From: Perna viridis
Taxonomy: Eukaryota
Length of the DNA stretch: 64,000 nucleotides
Direction of reading: 5' to 3'
Assembly (NCBI GenBank): GCA_037379345.1
Contig: CM074520.1
Coordinates: 29,298,664-29,362,663 of the forward strand
The notes beneath the pieces are model-generated. The model was not told where the DNA came from. It made no database searches and worked only from the letters and a program-made list of their open reading frames with translations. Shown here in pieces: positions 1 through 12,971 of this stretch (position 1 is its first letter; each line of letters opens with the position of its first letter). The position numbers were made by a program, and so were the translations under genes.

Positions 1-1960
1 ATCTGATATAGACTACCTTTGATTTGGCCATTCCATCTGGAATAGCACTTAATTACAAAATACTTATGTGATTATCCTAATAGCTTCTTCTATTATTCCT
101 AAAACATTTTAAATAGCACTTTCCTACCCCAAAATATGCATAATCATTGCATATTTCTTCAGACCCTGCTGCTGATATGGACATATAACTGAACATAGTA
201 CGTTCCTACCATATTCATATATGTTTTTCACATCTGATTTGTACTGTGCTCTTAATATAGCCAACTATATCTAATGTACTCCTAAAATTGAGTGACAACG
301 TAAAATAGCACTTTCATACCAAAATTATACTTGTTCATCACATCTGTTTCGTATTGTGCTCTTAATATATCACTACTATATGAACTAGCGCTTTCATACC
401 CAAAACATACGGGATCATCACCTCACATTTCTACCGTACTCCTGACAAAGCCATAATACCTATAATAGCATTTTCCTACTCAAAATATACATGTTCATCT
501 TATTTAACACGGATTTTTTTATAACTATGTTACTTGAAAGGGCAATTCCAAACCAAAATCATGCATACCCATCATATGTTGTTCAAACCCTACTATTAAA
601 TGTATTAATATAGCAATACCACTTGAAAAAACAATATCCTCACAAAATTGTACCTGCCCATTACACCGAACGCCAGCAGCTATCTTAATATCGCAAAACT
701 ACATGAAACAACACTATCCCACCAAAACATATATGCTCATTATATTGGATACATTTGTATCCAAACCATACATGCTCATCACATCTATTTCGAACCTTAT
801 TGATAACACTGGCGTACTATGCGAAATCGCACTTTCCCACCGAAAGCATCACATCTGATGTGGACTGTACCCTTAATATGGCCATACCACTTTGAATAGC
901 ACTAAACTATACGACGCTTACATTACCGGTGCGCCTGGTCTTTATCCCTGGATTACATTCTTTTAATTACCGCTATAACTTTGGTTTCCTTGATTACTCT
1001 ACAAAACACATATGTGATTATCGCATCAGTTGCCGCATGTTCCTTAACTACTTGAAATAGCACTTTCTTAACCCAAAATATTCATAGTCATTAACTTTTC
1101 TTCGACACCCACTGCTGATATGGACATATAACTGAGAATAGTACGTTCCTATCAAATTCCTACATGTTCATCACATATGATTTGTACTCTGCTCTAAATA
1201 TAGCCAACCATACCTAATGTACTCTTAACACTGAGTGACAACGTAAAATAGCACTTGCATACAAAAATTAGACTTGTTCATCACATATTTTTTGTATGTG
1301 CTCTTTTTCCTACTCAAAATATACATGTTCATCTGATTTTACGCGGACTATACTATTATATTGCCATACTACTCCAAAAAGCAATTCTTAACCAAAATCA
1401 TGCATAACCATTATATGTTGTTCAAACCCTACTTTTAATATAGCCATACCACTTGAAAAAGCACTGTCCTACGAAAATCAAATACGCCGATAACGTATGA
1501 TGCTGAATGTGTTCTTAACATACTGCGTCAATTAACCCTACACTACTTAAAACATACATGCTCATTATATCTGATTCAATAATCCTTACATTACCATACT
1601 ACTTGAAATAGCACGTACAATTTCATCATATCTAATACGGAGTGTTGTTTAAAATTGGCTTACTACTGAGACTATTGATTTCTCAAAAAAAAAAAACAAA
1701 AAAAACAAAAAAAAAAACATACTATCTGATGGGGAATGTACTCTTCACATTGCCATATTAATTTCAGTATCAGTTACCAAATCAAAACATATATACTATT
1801 CACACCTAAAATGAATTGTAGTCGAAACATGGCCATACTACTTGAAACATCATTTTCCTCACAAAATTATGCATGCCCATCATATCAGACGCCAGCAGCA
1901 ATTTCCCATCAAAACAGATATGCTCATTATATTTGATACATTTGTATCGAAATCATGTCT
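1..1960. repeat. Diverged tandem repeat with a superimposed ~944-bp duplication
   Basis: AATAGCACTT, CATCACATCTG and TTAATATAGCCA recur roughly every 75-80 bp; GCTGATATGGACATATAACTGA occurs at ~170 and ~1114, GAGTGACAACGTAAAATAGCACTT at ~290 and ~1233. Confidence 0.65.
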
Positions 1961-3055
1961 AAATATTGTAAATACAAGTTCGTTATTGTAAAAATAGATT
2001 ACATAAAATATACCTGAGGCTGATCAACAAGGGAATTCATATCTACATTTAAATTTTCCGTCATTTTGAAAAAAAATGTCTCGGTGCGCATGTCTTGTGG
2101 TATACGTCACTGTTTTGAGTACGGTCTCACTAATTAGCGACAAGAAGAAAAAATAGCGACAAGAAGCGACAAAAAGCGTCATGAAGCGACAAGAAGCCGA
2201 CAAGAAGCGTCAAGAAGAAAAAAATAGCGACAAGAAGAAAAAAAATAGCGACAAGAAGAAAAAAATAACGACAAGAGGGAAAACTAGCGATAAAAAGAGA
2301 AAAAAATAGCGACAATAAAAGTCACTCTGGCAGAGCAAATCTGAAAAAGAAAGAGCACTTGTTCTTCAAAAATTCTTGAGTCACGGTAGCAAGGCTATTG
2401 ATAAGGGCACAGTAACAACATCTACCGATGGGGGATTGGTAATCCCCAAAACAAATGCATGTGCACGAAAGCCAGGGCAGAGAAAACGAGTGAGATCGGC
2501 TAAGACAATGTCTGCTAAGAAAGTCAAATTTCAGTGACGGAACAGAGACTTGTGTCCATTAAACACGTTTTGGCTTAGAATTTGTAAATATGTATATATG
2601 TAATGTCAATAAAACAAAAAACGAACAAAGAAAATCTATATATATGTATATATTCGTTTAAAAATCTTCATAATTCTGAAAAAAAGTTTTTGTTTCATAA
2701 GAAAACGTACACACCTTACGAACACTATTTTTGGAAAACCCCTAAATATATATCAAAAATAAATATATAAAAATATCCTACTAAATCGATGGAAAAAAAA
2801 ATAAGAACAACTGATCTAAATTATTTCGTTTTTGATTCAAGGAAAACCAAACTTTACAAAAAGATCAGTTTGTCAAATCCAAGACATATCTTTTGGTCAA
2901 ATTATAGGGATGAATATTTTACATTTCCAAATAAATATTAAAAAAAAAATTAAATATTCTTATCAAAGATTTTTATTCAAAATTTATATATTTGGCAAAA
3001 TTAAAGCACATGTCTAATGCAAAATTAATTGAAAAAAAATTGGCATAGAGCGTTA

Positions 3056-3080
3056 CTGATGAGACTTAAGTAGTCGAAAC
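3056..3080 (+). ncRNA. Hammerhead ribozyme core-like motif, copy 1 (probably defective)
   Basis: CTGATGA-GAC-ttaagta-GTC-GAAAC matches the conserved core plus a 3-bp stem II; no clear NUH cleavage triplet or stem I follows. Confidence 0.5.
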
Positions 3081-3244
3081 ATGTGCATTAAAACTGATAT
3101 TTGACAATTCCAAAGTAAATATTTTCAAAAGAACATTCAAGTTTCTCATCAAAGATTTATATTCAAAATTTATATTTGGCAAAATTTCAGCACATGTCTA
3201 ACGCAAAATTAATTAGTTTAAAAAAAAATTGGCATAGAGCGTTA

Positions 3245-3269
3245 CTGATGAGACTTAAGTAGTCGAAAC
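3245..3269 (+). ncRNA. Hammerhead ribozyme core-like motif, copy 2 (probably defective)
   Basis: Identical core 189 bp downstream of copy 1, inside a local tandem duplication (~2955-3290). Confidence 0.5.
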
Positions 3270-4269
3270 ATGTGCACTAAAACGGATACAAGTATAGTCA
3301 ATATTGGCACGAATGTAAAGACAGGCAACACATAAAAATCTTGTTCTTCGGATCTTTTTTTCTTCTTGACGCTTCTTGTCGGCTTCTTGTCGCTTGTCAA
3401 GTTTTGTAGCTAAAAATAAATGTTAAATTTAAAAAAGGAAACTTTACACTTTAAAAAATACTGGTGAGACTTTAATATATTAGCCAAAAATGTGCAGCAG
3501 AATCTAATATACCATTACTGTAAACAATGAAAATATATTTTCTTATCTATATAATTTTTCTTCTTGTCGCTTTTTCTGATTTTGTGACGCTTCTTGAGGG
3601 TTCTTGTAGCTTTTTATTGTTCTTTATGCTATTATTTTCTTCTTGTCGCTATTTGTTTTCTTCTTGTCGCTATTTTTCTCTTCTTGACGCTTCTTGTCGG
3701 CTTCTTGACGCTTCTTGTCATTTCTTGACGCTTCTTGTCGCTTCTTGTCGGCTCTTGTCACTTCTTGTTGCTAATTAGTGAGACCCTTTTGAGTATTCTG
3801 TTTTGGTAAGTTATATGTCCGTTTATATACCTCAAAACATGGCTGACGGCAACAACAACGTGGTTGTTGTGGATGAAAATGAGAAAGATAATAACGATAT
3901 TAATATATTAGCTGGGCAGGTTGTAAGCAAAAAGAGAGCAAGAATGCACTCATCAATATGTAGACATATTAATTTTTCTGAGGAAAAACATGGAGAGATA
4001 TTGGAAGTGAAATGAAATTTTGCAGAAGAGTGATAACATTCTACTAGAATTTCTAGTCATTCTATATGTTTATGTTATTTAATTTTATTTTGTTTATTGT
4101 CATGCTAAAGAGAAAATGACATTTATGAGGGTTGTTATTAAACATATTAACAGTATCATGTATTACTTGCTAACATGTATTGACTATTGACTACCAACTG
4201 CAATACTGCATAAGTGGTGTTACAACAACCAGGAACTGACTATTCTTCTGGCTTGTTCCCTTAAATTTT

Positions 4270-4815
4270 AAGTGTTCATTGTGTCGTCCGTCTGTTTGTC
4301 CTACATTTGTATCCACAACTCCTCCTAACCTACTGAATTGAATTTGATGAAACTTTCAGAGAATCCCCATGATGTCATTGACATTAGGCACCTCCTATTT
4401 TAGAATTTCATCTTTCAAATTTCAATTGGGGTTTCCAATAGCAAAACATGGACATTGCCATTCATTGTGATAGGGAGTAACAGTATGCCATCCACAACTC
4501 CTCCTAAACTACTGAATGGAATTTGATGAAACTTTTAGAGAATCTTTATTTTATAATGCTGTTGTTCACTTCCTATTTTAGATTTTGATCTGACTAACAG
4601 TTGGGGTTACCCATACCAAAACATGGACTTTGCCATTCATTGTGATAGGGGATACCTGTATGCCATCCACAATTACTCCTAAACCACTGAATGGAATTTA
4701 ATGAAACTTTCAGGGAATCTTTATTACATAATTCCATAGTGCACCTGCGAATTAAATTTTGATCTTGCCAACTGTTGGGCGAAGTGCCACTGATGAATCT
4801 GGTGACTTTCTCCAG
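4270..4815 (+). mobile_element. Helentron-associated (HINE/DINE-like) repeat with ~3 internal units of ~177 bp
   Basis: GTCGTCCGTCTG microsatellite-like head followed by ATCCACAACTCCTCCTAA...GAATTTGATGAAACTT units at ~4311, ~4490 and ~4665. Confidence 0.55.
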
Positions 4816-6369
4816 AAGTCAAAACAAGTGTCAAGGTGTTCATATTTTTTTTTGCAATGATCTTTATCACCCTCTGTATTTACTTAGTGTATTTGGGTAA
4901 CTTGGTAAATTTAAAATGTAAAACAGTGCTCTAAGACATATCCAATAGGCAATAGCTTTACAATTTGTTTCATACAGTTAGTTTTATAGACTTAAGTATG
5001 TAGTTTTGTTTTTTTTTCATAAAAAAAAGGCCAAGCCATAAAGAGGCCTATTGGACATGTTTCGTCCTCTGTGTTAATGACCCATGCAGTGCATTCAGGA
5101 CTCATCAGTTAGAAATACACCATTAACTAGAGTCAACCAAATAAAAGAAGTGTAACAGAGTTAGTAGTAACATGCAACCAAACAGGGCATGCAAAAAAAC
5201 TTTATAAAGACACAGTAGTTTTTTTTTTATTTTTAAGTGCATTCTGCATTAAAACTGAGATTTAATCAAATTTTGCTAAAGTCTTCTTTAAGTAAATACT
5301 TCTATGTGCATGTTAAAATTATATTTTTGGGGGTTTATTGAAATTTGAAAGACAGTTTAAAAACTACTGTGACTTTAAACAAAAGAAATACACAATAACA
5401 GCCGGCAAATGTGTGCAAACCTAGTTTTCTATTATGACTAACAATTTAACCGATAGAGAGAGATAATCGGTCGATTGAGGCCAACCAATAGTAATAGATA
5501 ATCGGTTGGTGTTTTCAACCGATTGCACAACACTATATCCTTCTGTCCATGGTGTTTCAGGAAGAAATCGAACACATTTGTCAGAACCTGCGCGTTGGTT
5601 ACTGTAGAGACTTAGTCACCAATTAATAATTTCGCGCAATCAATTTTGTTGAAAAGATGTATTTTTTACTCTTCCGTTTGTACATAGAATCGTAAGGTCC
5701 CTACGACATGCAAGACCTCTTGTAACTTTCTTTTTTCATTAACCCTAACTCTCATTTGTTCTCCGCTGTCTGATTTTCTCTTTTTTTCTTCCAATCTCAT
5801 GACGATTTTCATCTCTTATTCTCTCCATTGCGTTACTTATACAGTTTTTGCGGGATTTGAAAATGGCGCTTTCAAGTTCAAGTTTCAATGCAGGACGCAT
5901 CTATCGTAAGGGTTATCTTGTTTGTTTTTTTTTTAATTTGAGCAATTTTTATTCAGTTCAAAAATTTATGTTATTACATATATTGTGTGATTTCAGTAAA
6001 GTATATACTTTCTAAACCATGTAAACCGGAAAATACTCGAATTAATTTGTCAAATAGATAACCACATAATAAGGAGTCCCTTACATTTTCAAATATGAAA
6101 TAATTCCTCAAAGTTCATGAATCTAGATCTATGGAATATACTATTATAAGAGTAAGGTCAACGGTGCATTGGCATGCATTGCCGCCGAAAAAATATGTGG
6201 TTCATTACTTTTTTTATAAAATGAAAAACTCCTGAGGTTTTCTCGGCGAAACATATAAGAATCATAGTTTTTAGGCATTAGAATTAGACCACTTTGTGCT
6301 AACGTTGAACATTTCTAGGCACATGCGCATAACCACTTCGCCGAGGACAAGCAAGTTACATTGACAACC

Positions 6370-6680
6370 ATGGTAAGAACCTGCAGCGTGTATAAATGCC
6401 CTAATACGCAGACTTCTGAATCTAAAGAGAAAGGAATTTCCTTTTTCCGTTTCCTAAAGACAAGAGGAAAAGAAGAGCGTGGATTAAGGCGCTGAACAGA
6501 GCAGACCGGACACCAACAGAGGCCAGTTACATCTGCTCAGCCCATTTCATTGACAACTGGCATGGAGTTAAACCTGGAGATTTTAACTACACGCCTACCA
6601 CCTTTGTCTACAAGGAGAAACAGGCTACAGCGTCTGATGTGGCAAGAGAAACTAGACTGTGTAAGAGGGCATTGTTCAAG
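6370..6680 (+). pseudogene. THAP zinc-finger exon of the transposase (frameshifted)
   Basis: Manual translation MVRTCSVYKCPN...GISFFRF/(shift)KDKRKRRAWIKALNR...YICSAHFIDNW gives the C2CH THAP signature; the exon ends at donor AAG|GTAAGA. Confidence 0.85.
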
Positions 6681-7643
6681 GTAAGAATGAGAAAAAAACA
6701 GCTAACTTCAGTTGTTCACCGTTATGCCTCAAAGTTCATTTCATTCAATGAAAATCTATTGTTACACCAGGTTTTTGGTTAATGTAGATCTATATATTTT
6801 ACTTGAGGATCTGAAATATTTAATGAACCTACACAAACTATCTAATTTTGTGGAAATAACTATGTCTTATGCAACCTTTCAATTTTATCATACATGTAGT
6901 TAACATGCAAGGTGGCAAAATGGTATCCAGTCAAGGTAATGTAATTGTGTATGAAAAACTTGACTGAATAAAACCATTCTCACAAATGCAAAATTTGTAT
7001 ATATATGTATCACAAGTTTGTTTTTTTTTAGCACAATGCATGATTGATCACTGGTGTTCTGTTAGTTTGATTTGTTGCAACTGAAAAATGTTCATGTTTG
7101 ACTTGGGTTTCATTCAAGCAAACTTCATGTTGATCATTTGCGGCATTTTCATTTTCATCACCTCCTGTTATGTTCATTATGCCAATCAAGGTGCCATTTT
7201 AGTGTGTCTTAATGCTTGGTAAGTAGAATTAGAAGGTAAGTGACCATAATATCAAAATTTACAATTTCTTTAATCTTATATACTTTACATGTAGTGGTTT
7301 GTTTACATATCTGTGGAATGAAAGGTCATAAAAGGTCTTATGTTTGAAATATGTGACAGTAAGTGACACAATTTTATATTTATTTATTTTTTTTTTTTTT
7401 TCTTTTTTTGTTAATGTATTTCCTGGTATCAGTTAAGTTCATTTTCTAACAGGTTGGGCCTGATCGTAAACCATAGTGGTGCACCAGGTTGGGAAAGATG
7501 TCACATTCCTCGCACATTAAAGAACCCTACTGTGGTATTCTCCCAGAGTAGGAACCATAGGGCTCCGCCACAGGAGGCTAAATTGCCCGACCCTACCCAC
7601 CTCTCCCTATTTCCAGTGGCAATCAAAATTTGTCGACCCCATT

Positions 7644-10600
7644 ATCATACGATAAGGTTAAGAGACAAGATATTTTTCAAAAATGTAGACAAAAATATGA
7701 CATAGCTTTACTGGTTGACACGCATTGTAAAAAAGAATTAGAGACATATTGGAGGTCTGAATGGGGTTATGACGCAAAGTTTTGCTCTCATACAACCAAC
7801 AGTAGAGGTGTTGCTATTCTTTTTCAGAACTCTTTTCAGTATGAAATTCTGAAAGAATTGCATGACGAGTCCGGTAATTTTCTGATTATTTCTATAAAAG
7901 TTCATGATTTAAAATTTACCTTAGCCGTAGTTTATGGTCCTAACAGTGACAACCCTACTTTTATTGATAATTTACAGCAAAAGATAGAATCATTTGGAAA
8001 CTCATCTGTCATTGTTGGAGGTGACTGGAATGTTCCTCAAAATTATGCCATGGACACAATTAATTATGTTAACAAAAATAACCCTAAATCTCAGGAAAAA
8101 ATACATCATATGATGGAAGAGTTAGACTTGGTAGACACATTTCGTGAATTACACCTAGATATAAAAAGGTTCTCATGGCGAGGCCCAAATAAAAAGCATG
8201 CCCGTTTAGATTATTTTTTATCTTCGTCAGATTTTCAAGCTATTATTACTGAGTCAGAAATCGGTGTAGCATATCGGTCTGATCACTCCCCCATCCATAT
8301 TACTATTAACTTTAACGATAACCCTAGGGGAAAGGGAACATGGAAATTCAATAATTCATTACTTTACGACAGGGATTATATCGACCTAATAAAAAAAATC
8401 TATTAATGACCTTATTAATCAATATAAAATTGATGATAATGATGATTTATATGAGTCTGTATTCAGTACTGATGATCAGCTTTTATGGGAAACGTTAAAG
8501 ATGTCGATAAGGGGTAAAACAATTTCATACTCCTCATTTAAAAAAAAGAAAGAGACAAAAGAGAGACCACTCTAGAAAACGAACTAGCGAAATTGAATGA
8601 AAATTTTGCACAAAATGAAGAATTAATTAAGCAAAAAGATCAAGAATTAAAAGCTATGCGTGAAGAAAAAATTAAGGGAATTGTCATGAGAACAAAAGCA
8701 AAATGGAATGTTGAAGGTGACAGAAGTACAAAATATTTCTGTAACACACAAAAAACTATACCTAAACTTATAATGGAAGACGAGTCTGAAATAACTAACC
8801 AGACAGAAATTCTCAAAGCACAAAAATCTTTCTATGAAAATCTGTACTCAAGTAGGAATACTGAAATATCCGATAGACATTCTGTTTTTTTCTATTCAAA
8901 TAATCCTTTCATTTCTAAACTTATTCCTGAGGATACTGAATCTTTAGAAGGTAATATATCTTCTGCGGAAATGCTCTTTGCACTCAAAAATATGAAAAAT
9001 GGAAAATCGCCAGGTATAGACGGATATACGGCAGAATTTTATAATTTTTTCTGGTCTGACTTAAAGTTCTTTATAATTAGATCATTCAATCAAGCATATG
9101 CTAGAGGTGGTCTCTCTGTGTCCCAACGACAAGGAGTAATAACATGCCTCCCAAAAGAAGGCAAATCTAAATTTTATTTAAAAAATTGGCGTCCAATCTC
9201 ATTATTAAATGTAGACTACAAGATTTGTGCCTCAACTATTGCATTTAGAATAAAAAAAGTCTTACCTAAGATTATTTCTGACACTCAGATGGGGTTTATG
9301 AAAGGTAGATATATTGGGGAGTGCACCAGGCTGATATGTGATATTATTGAAAAATGTGAGGAAAATGAAATTCCAGGTCTTTTAATGCTCTTAGATTTTG
9401 AAAAGGCTTTTGACTCTGTAGAATGGAACTTTATAGAAAAATCCTTGGAGTTTCAAGGCTTTGGTCCATCTATTATCCACTGGTTTAAAACATTTTACAG
9501 AAATTCAGAAAGCTGTATCCTTAATAATGGACACCTCTCAGAACGTTTTAAAATTGAAAGAGGCGTACGACAAGGAGATCCGCTATCACCGTATCTTTTT
9601 ATTTTGTCTGTTGAGTTACTCATTGCTGCCATTAAATTTGATCCGCAAATTAAAGGGATAAGTGTAAACAATTCAGAATTTTTAATCAGTCAATACGCCG
9701 ACGACTCGTCTTTGATTCTTGATGATGATTTACAGTCTGTTAATAAGGCATTAGATTTAATTGAGCTTTACTCTACTTGTTCTGGGTTGAGAGCTAACTT
9801 TGATAAAATACAAGCTGTATGGATAGGGGCTCGAAGGGGCTGTGGAATGGAGCTTCCGACAAAAACTGCTGTAAAATGGAATCACTCCGGTTGTTTTAAG
9901 TTACTTGGGATTCAGTATTCTCTTTCAAAACAAGAGAAATATATTGATAACTTCACTCAAAATATCACTAAGATAAAGAAACTTTTAAAAGATTGGTCAT
10001 TAAGAAATATATCACTAGTAGGAAAAATTACAGTCATAAAATCCATGGCTTTACCCATTTTAGTGCAATCATTTACAGTTCTTCCTGATCCACCGGGGCA
10101 CATTATTAAGGAAATTCAAGACATATTCTTTAACTTTCTTTGGAATAGTCAAGTTGATAAAGTTAAGCGAAACCACGGTTGTGGGAGTTTACGATGAGGG
10201 AGGGCTAAAGATGCCTCATATCCTGTCTTTCATGCATGCTTTAAAAGTTTCTTGGATTAAGAAAATCTTGGATCCAAATAATGCTGCCCCATGGAAAGTC
10301 CTACTGGCTGATATTTTAAACAATCATGGCCAAGAAAAGTTTTGGTTTTATACTAAAAGTGCACTAAACAATTTTTCAAATAGATTAAATCCATTCTGGA
10401 GAGATGTTGTTAATATATGGGCATCTATTAAAGAAGATCCATCCACAGCCCCTGAGCATATAATTTTTCAACCACTTTGGAATAAGAGTAATATTAAGAT
10501 TGGTGGACGACCCATACCTTTATCATTTTGCTAAACCAGAACTATTTTTTGTAAATGATATGATAAAAGAAGCTGGAATGTTTCTAACCCCACAAGAATT

Positions 10601-11385
10601 ACAAGAAAAATATGACATAGCACTTAACTTTTTAGAATATCACAGTTTGGTGCATGCTATCCCACAAAGGTGGAGAAATTAGTTAATTGATAATAGAGTC
10701 GAAAAAGACTTGAAAATATCACAAATAAATATATATCTCTAATTCGTGTCAACCAGAAAGTTGTGAGACCTTTTTATAATATTCTTTTGGAAAGATGTTT
10801 TGAATCACCTAAAAAATCTCAAAACAAATGGATTAGAGATCTGGGACTAGTGGAGGATGAAAACTTTGAAATTTACCATGACATTCCATTTAAAACCCTA
10901 CTTAGCACAAAACTGCAATCATTTCAATATAAAATAAATTTAAGAATTTTATATACAAATAGTCTTCTTTTGAAATGCAAACTCTCTGAGACAGAGCTTT
11001 GTAGCTACTGTTTTGAGACAAAAGAATCCTTAATTCATTTATTCTTTGAATGTAATTTAGTGCGCACTCTTTGGCTCCAGCTTAGGAATGAACTGAGATC
11101 AAAATGTAATATTACAATGGATATCACTCCAATATCGTGCACATTAGGTTATCCCCCTTTTATGAAAATTGTGAAATATTGAATACGTGCCTCATAATCA
11201 TTAGATATTACATTTATGTTTGTAGAATCAAAAAAGAAATACTGAATTGGACAAAATGTTTGGAGACCTTAAAATATTTTAGGGATATTGATCTAAAATC
11301 ATTATATCTATGTTCAAACCGACAGTCTCTATTCACCAAGTTAAATTGGCAATCTATAGACAATCTTTTTCAATCCGATGAGTGA
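7644..11385 (+). pseudogene. Tx1/L1 ORF2 (endonuclease-reverse transcriptase), broken by frameshifts and stops
   Basis: APE motifs VYGPN, GGDWN, RLDYFL, SDHSP; RT motifs KSPGIDG, NWRPISLLNVDYK, LDFEKAFDSV, GVRQGDPLSP, QYADD; C-terminal CSYC-x8-H-x4-C; split across ORFs 7630, 8593, 10154, 10500, 10763 and 11137. Confidence 0.93.
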
Positions 11386-11550
11386 ATTTTTACAAGTCAT
11401 ATGCTGTTGAATGAAAAAATAGTATAAAACCAGTTTACCATATATACTTTATGTAACATACATGTTTTTTCTCATACACTTTTTTTTGTGTTAATACCAT
11501 AAAATGTCACTTTTGATCATAATAAAATATATTTGACAAAAAAAAAAAAA
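7644..11550 (+). mobile_element. 5'-truncated L1/Tx1-clade non-LTR retrotransposon
   Basis: APE, RT and CCHC coding remnants; AATAAA at 11521; A13 tail at 11538-11550; 14-bp TSD TTGTCGACCCCATT at 7630-7643 and 11551-11564. Confidence 0.92.
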
Positions 11551-12822
11551 TTGTCGACCCCATTGTCCTTGTGTCTCATCCCTTTTTCATTTCATCATCA
11601 TTTCATGTTCATTTGATCATCAATTTCATGTTCATCGTCTGAATAAAGTTGAAATATTGCTGCTCGGACATTAAACCCCAACTAACAAACAAACATCTAA
11701 CAGGTTGGGAAAAGTAAACCCCATTTGTGGTACTCATATGATTTTTTTACTCATAATAATCTTACAAAAGTTTGAAAAGGTAATATTCTAGAGAATTTTA
11801 TCTCTTCAGAGGAGGAGGTACATGTATCTTATTTGGTAATTTTGTCAGAAAGAACTCAAAAGTTTTGCTTAAAAATATTTACCAAAGTGTCAATTCTTAA
11901 ATAACTAGTGTTTCTCAATTTAATAATAAATAAATGACTTCAGAAATATGAGGACAACACATCTAACAAATTCTGAACATTATCTTCTATCCCAGGATTT
12001 TTTTGCTTTCTATTTTATTTATGACTTTCCAGTTATAGAAGGTAAAATTAGCTAGATGAAGATAAAAAAAATTGCTTCCACTAAAAGTCATGGTACAATT
12101 TTTTCAGTATTTTCATTTAAGGATAAAATTGAGAGTGAAAGAAGAAAAAGGAGCAGGAGAAGTTCATTGTCCTAGAACAGACCATAATTACATGCACATT
12201 GAAGGCAATGATTCAACAGACCTTGGATTGGAGAACGATGACATCACTGTCATTGCCGAAAACAATGATACTGAACTCAAAGTTCTTAAGGACCAAAGTA
12301 TATTATTAAAAATATTTTTTAAAGTGTTATACCTTAGAGTTAACTGATTTAGATGGATTAGAAACTTTTTAAAATAGGAAGATGAAAGAATTTAGAAAAA
12401 CAAGATGAAAAACTTGGTTGATTAAGTCAATTTAACTCTTTCAGCTCTCTGTAACTTTTGTAAAATATCTCTTTTGAAACTTTCAAGGTAACTTTGAAAA
12501 TCATGTTGTAAAAAGGACATGTTACATAGAATTGATGTTATTCTAGCAGTCAAAAGTGTCTTATCAAGTATCCTCTTTGGTATGGTTTTACTTAATTTTT
12601 GCAAATCTCAATGATTTTCACAGGACTATCTCTTTCATTAAATCATGAGTCTTTCTCAGCTATGGTAGTCATCTTCAATCACCATTTTAAACATGAGCTT
12701 GTTTTTGAGTGCACAATATTTAAATTATAATTAACAAATTTGTACTTATTTATTACAGAAAACATTTATTGCAATTCAATATCAGGGTATTGCATATTTA
12801 TTAAAAAAAAACATGTATATAT

Positions 12823-12971
12823 ACAATATTAGTGTTTTATAGAAAAATATAGAAAGTATTTGTATGAGGCTAAGGAAGGGGAAGTAACCGCGAGGCTCTG
12901 CCAAGCAGTTACTCCCCTTCCGAGCCGAATACAAATACTTTCTATATTTTTCTGTAATACACTTATATTGT
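12823..12971. repeat. Long imperfect palindrome (hairpin)
   Basis: AGAAAAATATAGAAAGTATTTGTAT...ATACAAATACTTTCTATATTTTTCT arms around a GC-rich CGAGGCTCTGCC loop. Confidence 0.8.

Larger units (their letters stand above)
2122..3786. mobile_element. Non-autonomous foldback/Mutator-like TIR element (MITE)
   Basis: Inverted termini CGGTCTCACTAATTAGC...GCTAATTAGTGAGACCC; perfect 9-bp TSD TTTTGAGTA at 2113-2121 and 3787-3795; inverted subterminal arrays of GCGACAAGAA/TTCTTGTCGC. A 9-bp TSD is typical of MULE/foldback elements. Confidence 0.85.
7459..11695 (+). mobile_element. SINE-like retroposon copy 1 (5'-truncated, split by a LINE)
   Basis: 7459-7643 plus 11565-11695 match the copies at 41852 and 58286; (AAAC)n tail; 14-bp TSD TCTAACAGGTTGGG at 7445-7458 and 11696-11709. 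Confidence 0.9.

Noticed and set aside
2130-3778. Hydrophobic ORFs 2130-2315 and 3527-3778
   Set aside because: Translations of the MITE subterminal repeats
3839-4015. Short ORF MADGNNNVVVV
   Set aside because: No recognisable domain or splice support
6286-6300. AGACCACTTTG as the left TIR of the ISL2EU element
   Set aside because: No convincing inverted partner found; the best candidate (AAGTGGTCGA near 25083) is too short
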